Shown here piece after piece: positions 48,676-49,457 of a DNA stretch of 49,457 nt (positions within the stretch are counted from its first letter, which is position 1; each line of letters opens with the position of its first letter). A program made the translations under genes and the position numbers. Origin of the DNA: Chiloscyllium plagiosum (lineage: Eukaryota); assembly GCF_004010195.1 (NCBI RefSeq), contig NW_025214700.1, forward strand, positions 1 through 49,457. The letters run 5' to 3'. The notes beneath the pieces were generated by a model. It was not told where the DNA came from. It searched no databases and worked only from the letters and a program-made list of their open reading frames with translations.

Positions 48676-48804
48676 ACCTGGAGTGTATTACTCACTTTCA
48701 ATTACCTTGCCACTTAATTCCTCACATTGAGACTACAAAAAGAGACATGAGCTTTGTGACACAAACATTAAAAGTAGAAATCTTTCTGTACGTGTTGCGA
48801 AATT

Positions 48805-49030
48805 GTCTGTGTGTGTGAGATTACAGAGGTAGACGGTGTGTCAGAGCTGGGGGAGATTACAGCGATCATGAAGGCGAATTGGGCTTGAGCTGGTGATGGA
48901 GATATGGGGAAGTGTCGTTGATGAATGATATTCCAGGCATAAAGAGTGATGCAGAGTTAGTTCCATATAGAGAGATGGATATAGCTGCTGGAGTGTGTTA
49001 CAGAGATAATATATGTTGTGTTACAGTCTG
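48805..49030 (+). repeat. Degenerate minisatellite (gagattacagaga-type units)
   Basis: Recurrent 'gattacagag/ttacagagata/gagatatggg' units. Confidence 0.5.
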
Positions 49031-49095
49031 AAAGCACTGTTCGCATAATGGGTTTTAAAATTGAGCCATCTTTGGAAATTGATGACTCATTTCTT

Positions 49096-49457
49096 AAAGG
49101 GGAGAGTGTGATAATGCAGCTGTATTAACCAGGTCAGTTTGTTGTTATGAAGATGTGGGTGCACTATACCTTTAAGACAATAAAAGCTGGAAGTGACATC
49201 ACTATGTAACATGAGATCTAGCTACTGGGGTAGCTAGTTACCTGGAAATGGAAAAACAGATTCGAAATCGGTTAGTCAGTTAAAATTATATCCCGAAGAA
49301 TTACAAAATTCTAGTCAAGTTTAAATTGAGGATATTGGCAATCTTTAAAACCAATGATGCTTTGGGGTATAAGACAGGGGAAAATTGAACAGTTGGGAGG
49401 AGAACTGCCCTCAGACCAGCAGACTATAGACTGCTAGCCAGAACTCTCTGAGAGGTA
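49096..49457 (+). repeat. Polypurine tract and LTR start, truncated by the window end
   Basis: PPT aaaggggagag (49096-49106) followed by TG; 'tgttatgaag...acctttaag' (49143) resembles the LTR start at 5389. Confidence 0.6.

Overview
Eukaryotic, repeat-saturated DNA with no long intact ORF. The repeat inventory (HE1/V-SINE-type tRNA-headed SINEs, CR1 LINEs with esterase ORF1, Penelope-like elements, Gmr1-type Gypsy elements) and a GPR139-like receptor relic point to a cartilaginous fish, probably a shark (inference). Most of the window is nested, decayed retroelements. Two host gene relics are hidden in it and are not visible as single ORFs. (1) A multi-exon saposin-like (SAPLIP) gene on the minus strand (exons 17734-14690, possible last exon near 9570). 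It has a signal peptide and correct Cys spacing but two damaged splice sites, and its domain is acidic, unlike cationic NK-lysins. (2) A two-exon GPR139-like GPCR pseudogene (24011-31561) split by a CR1 that itself carries a SINE. Several Penelope ends carry minimal type-I hammerhead ribozyme motifs, three with a complete core. A 551-nt N gap lies at 6176-6726. All family assignments come from manual motif recognition; no database search was run, and repeat boundaries are approximate.
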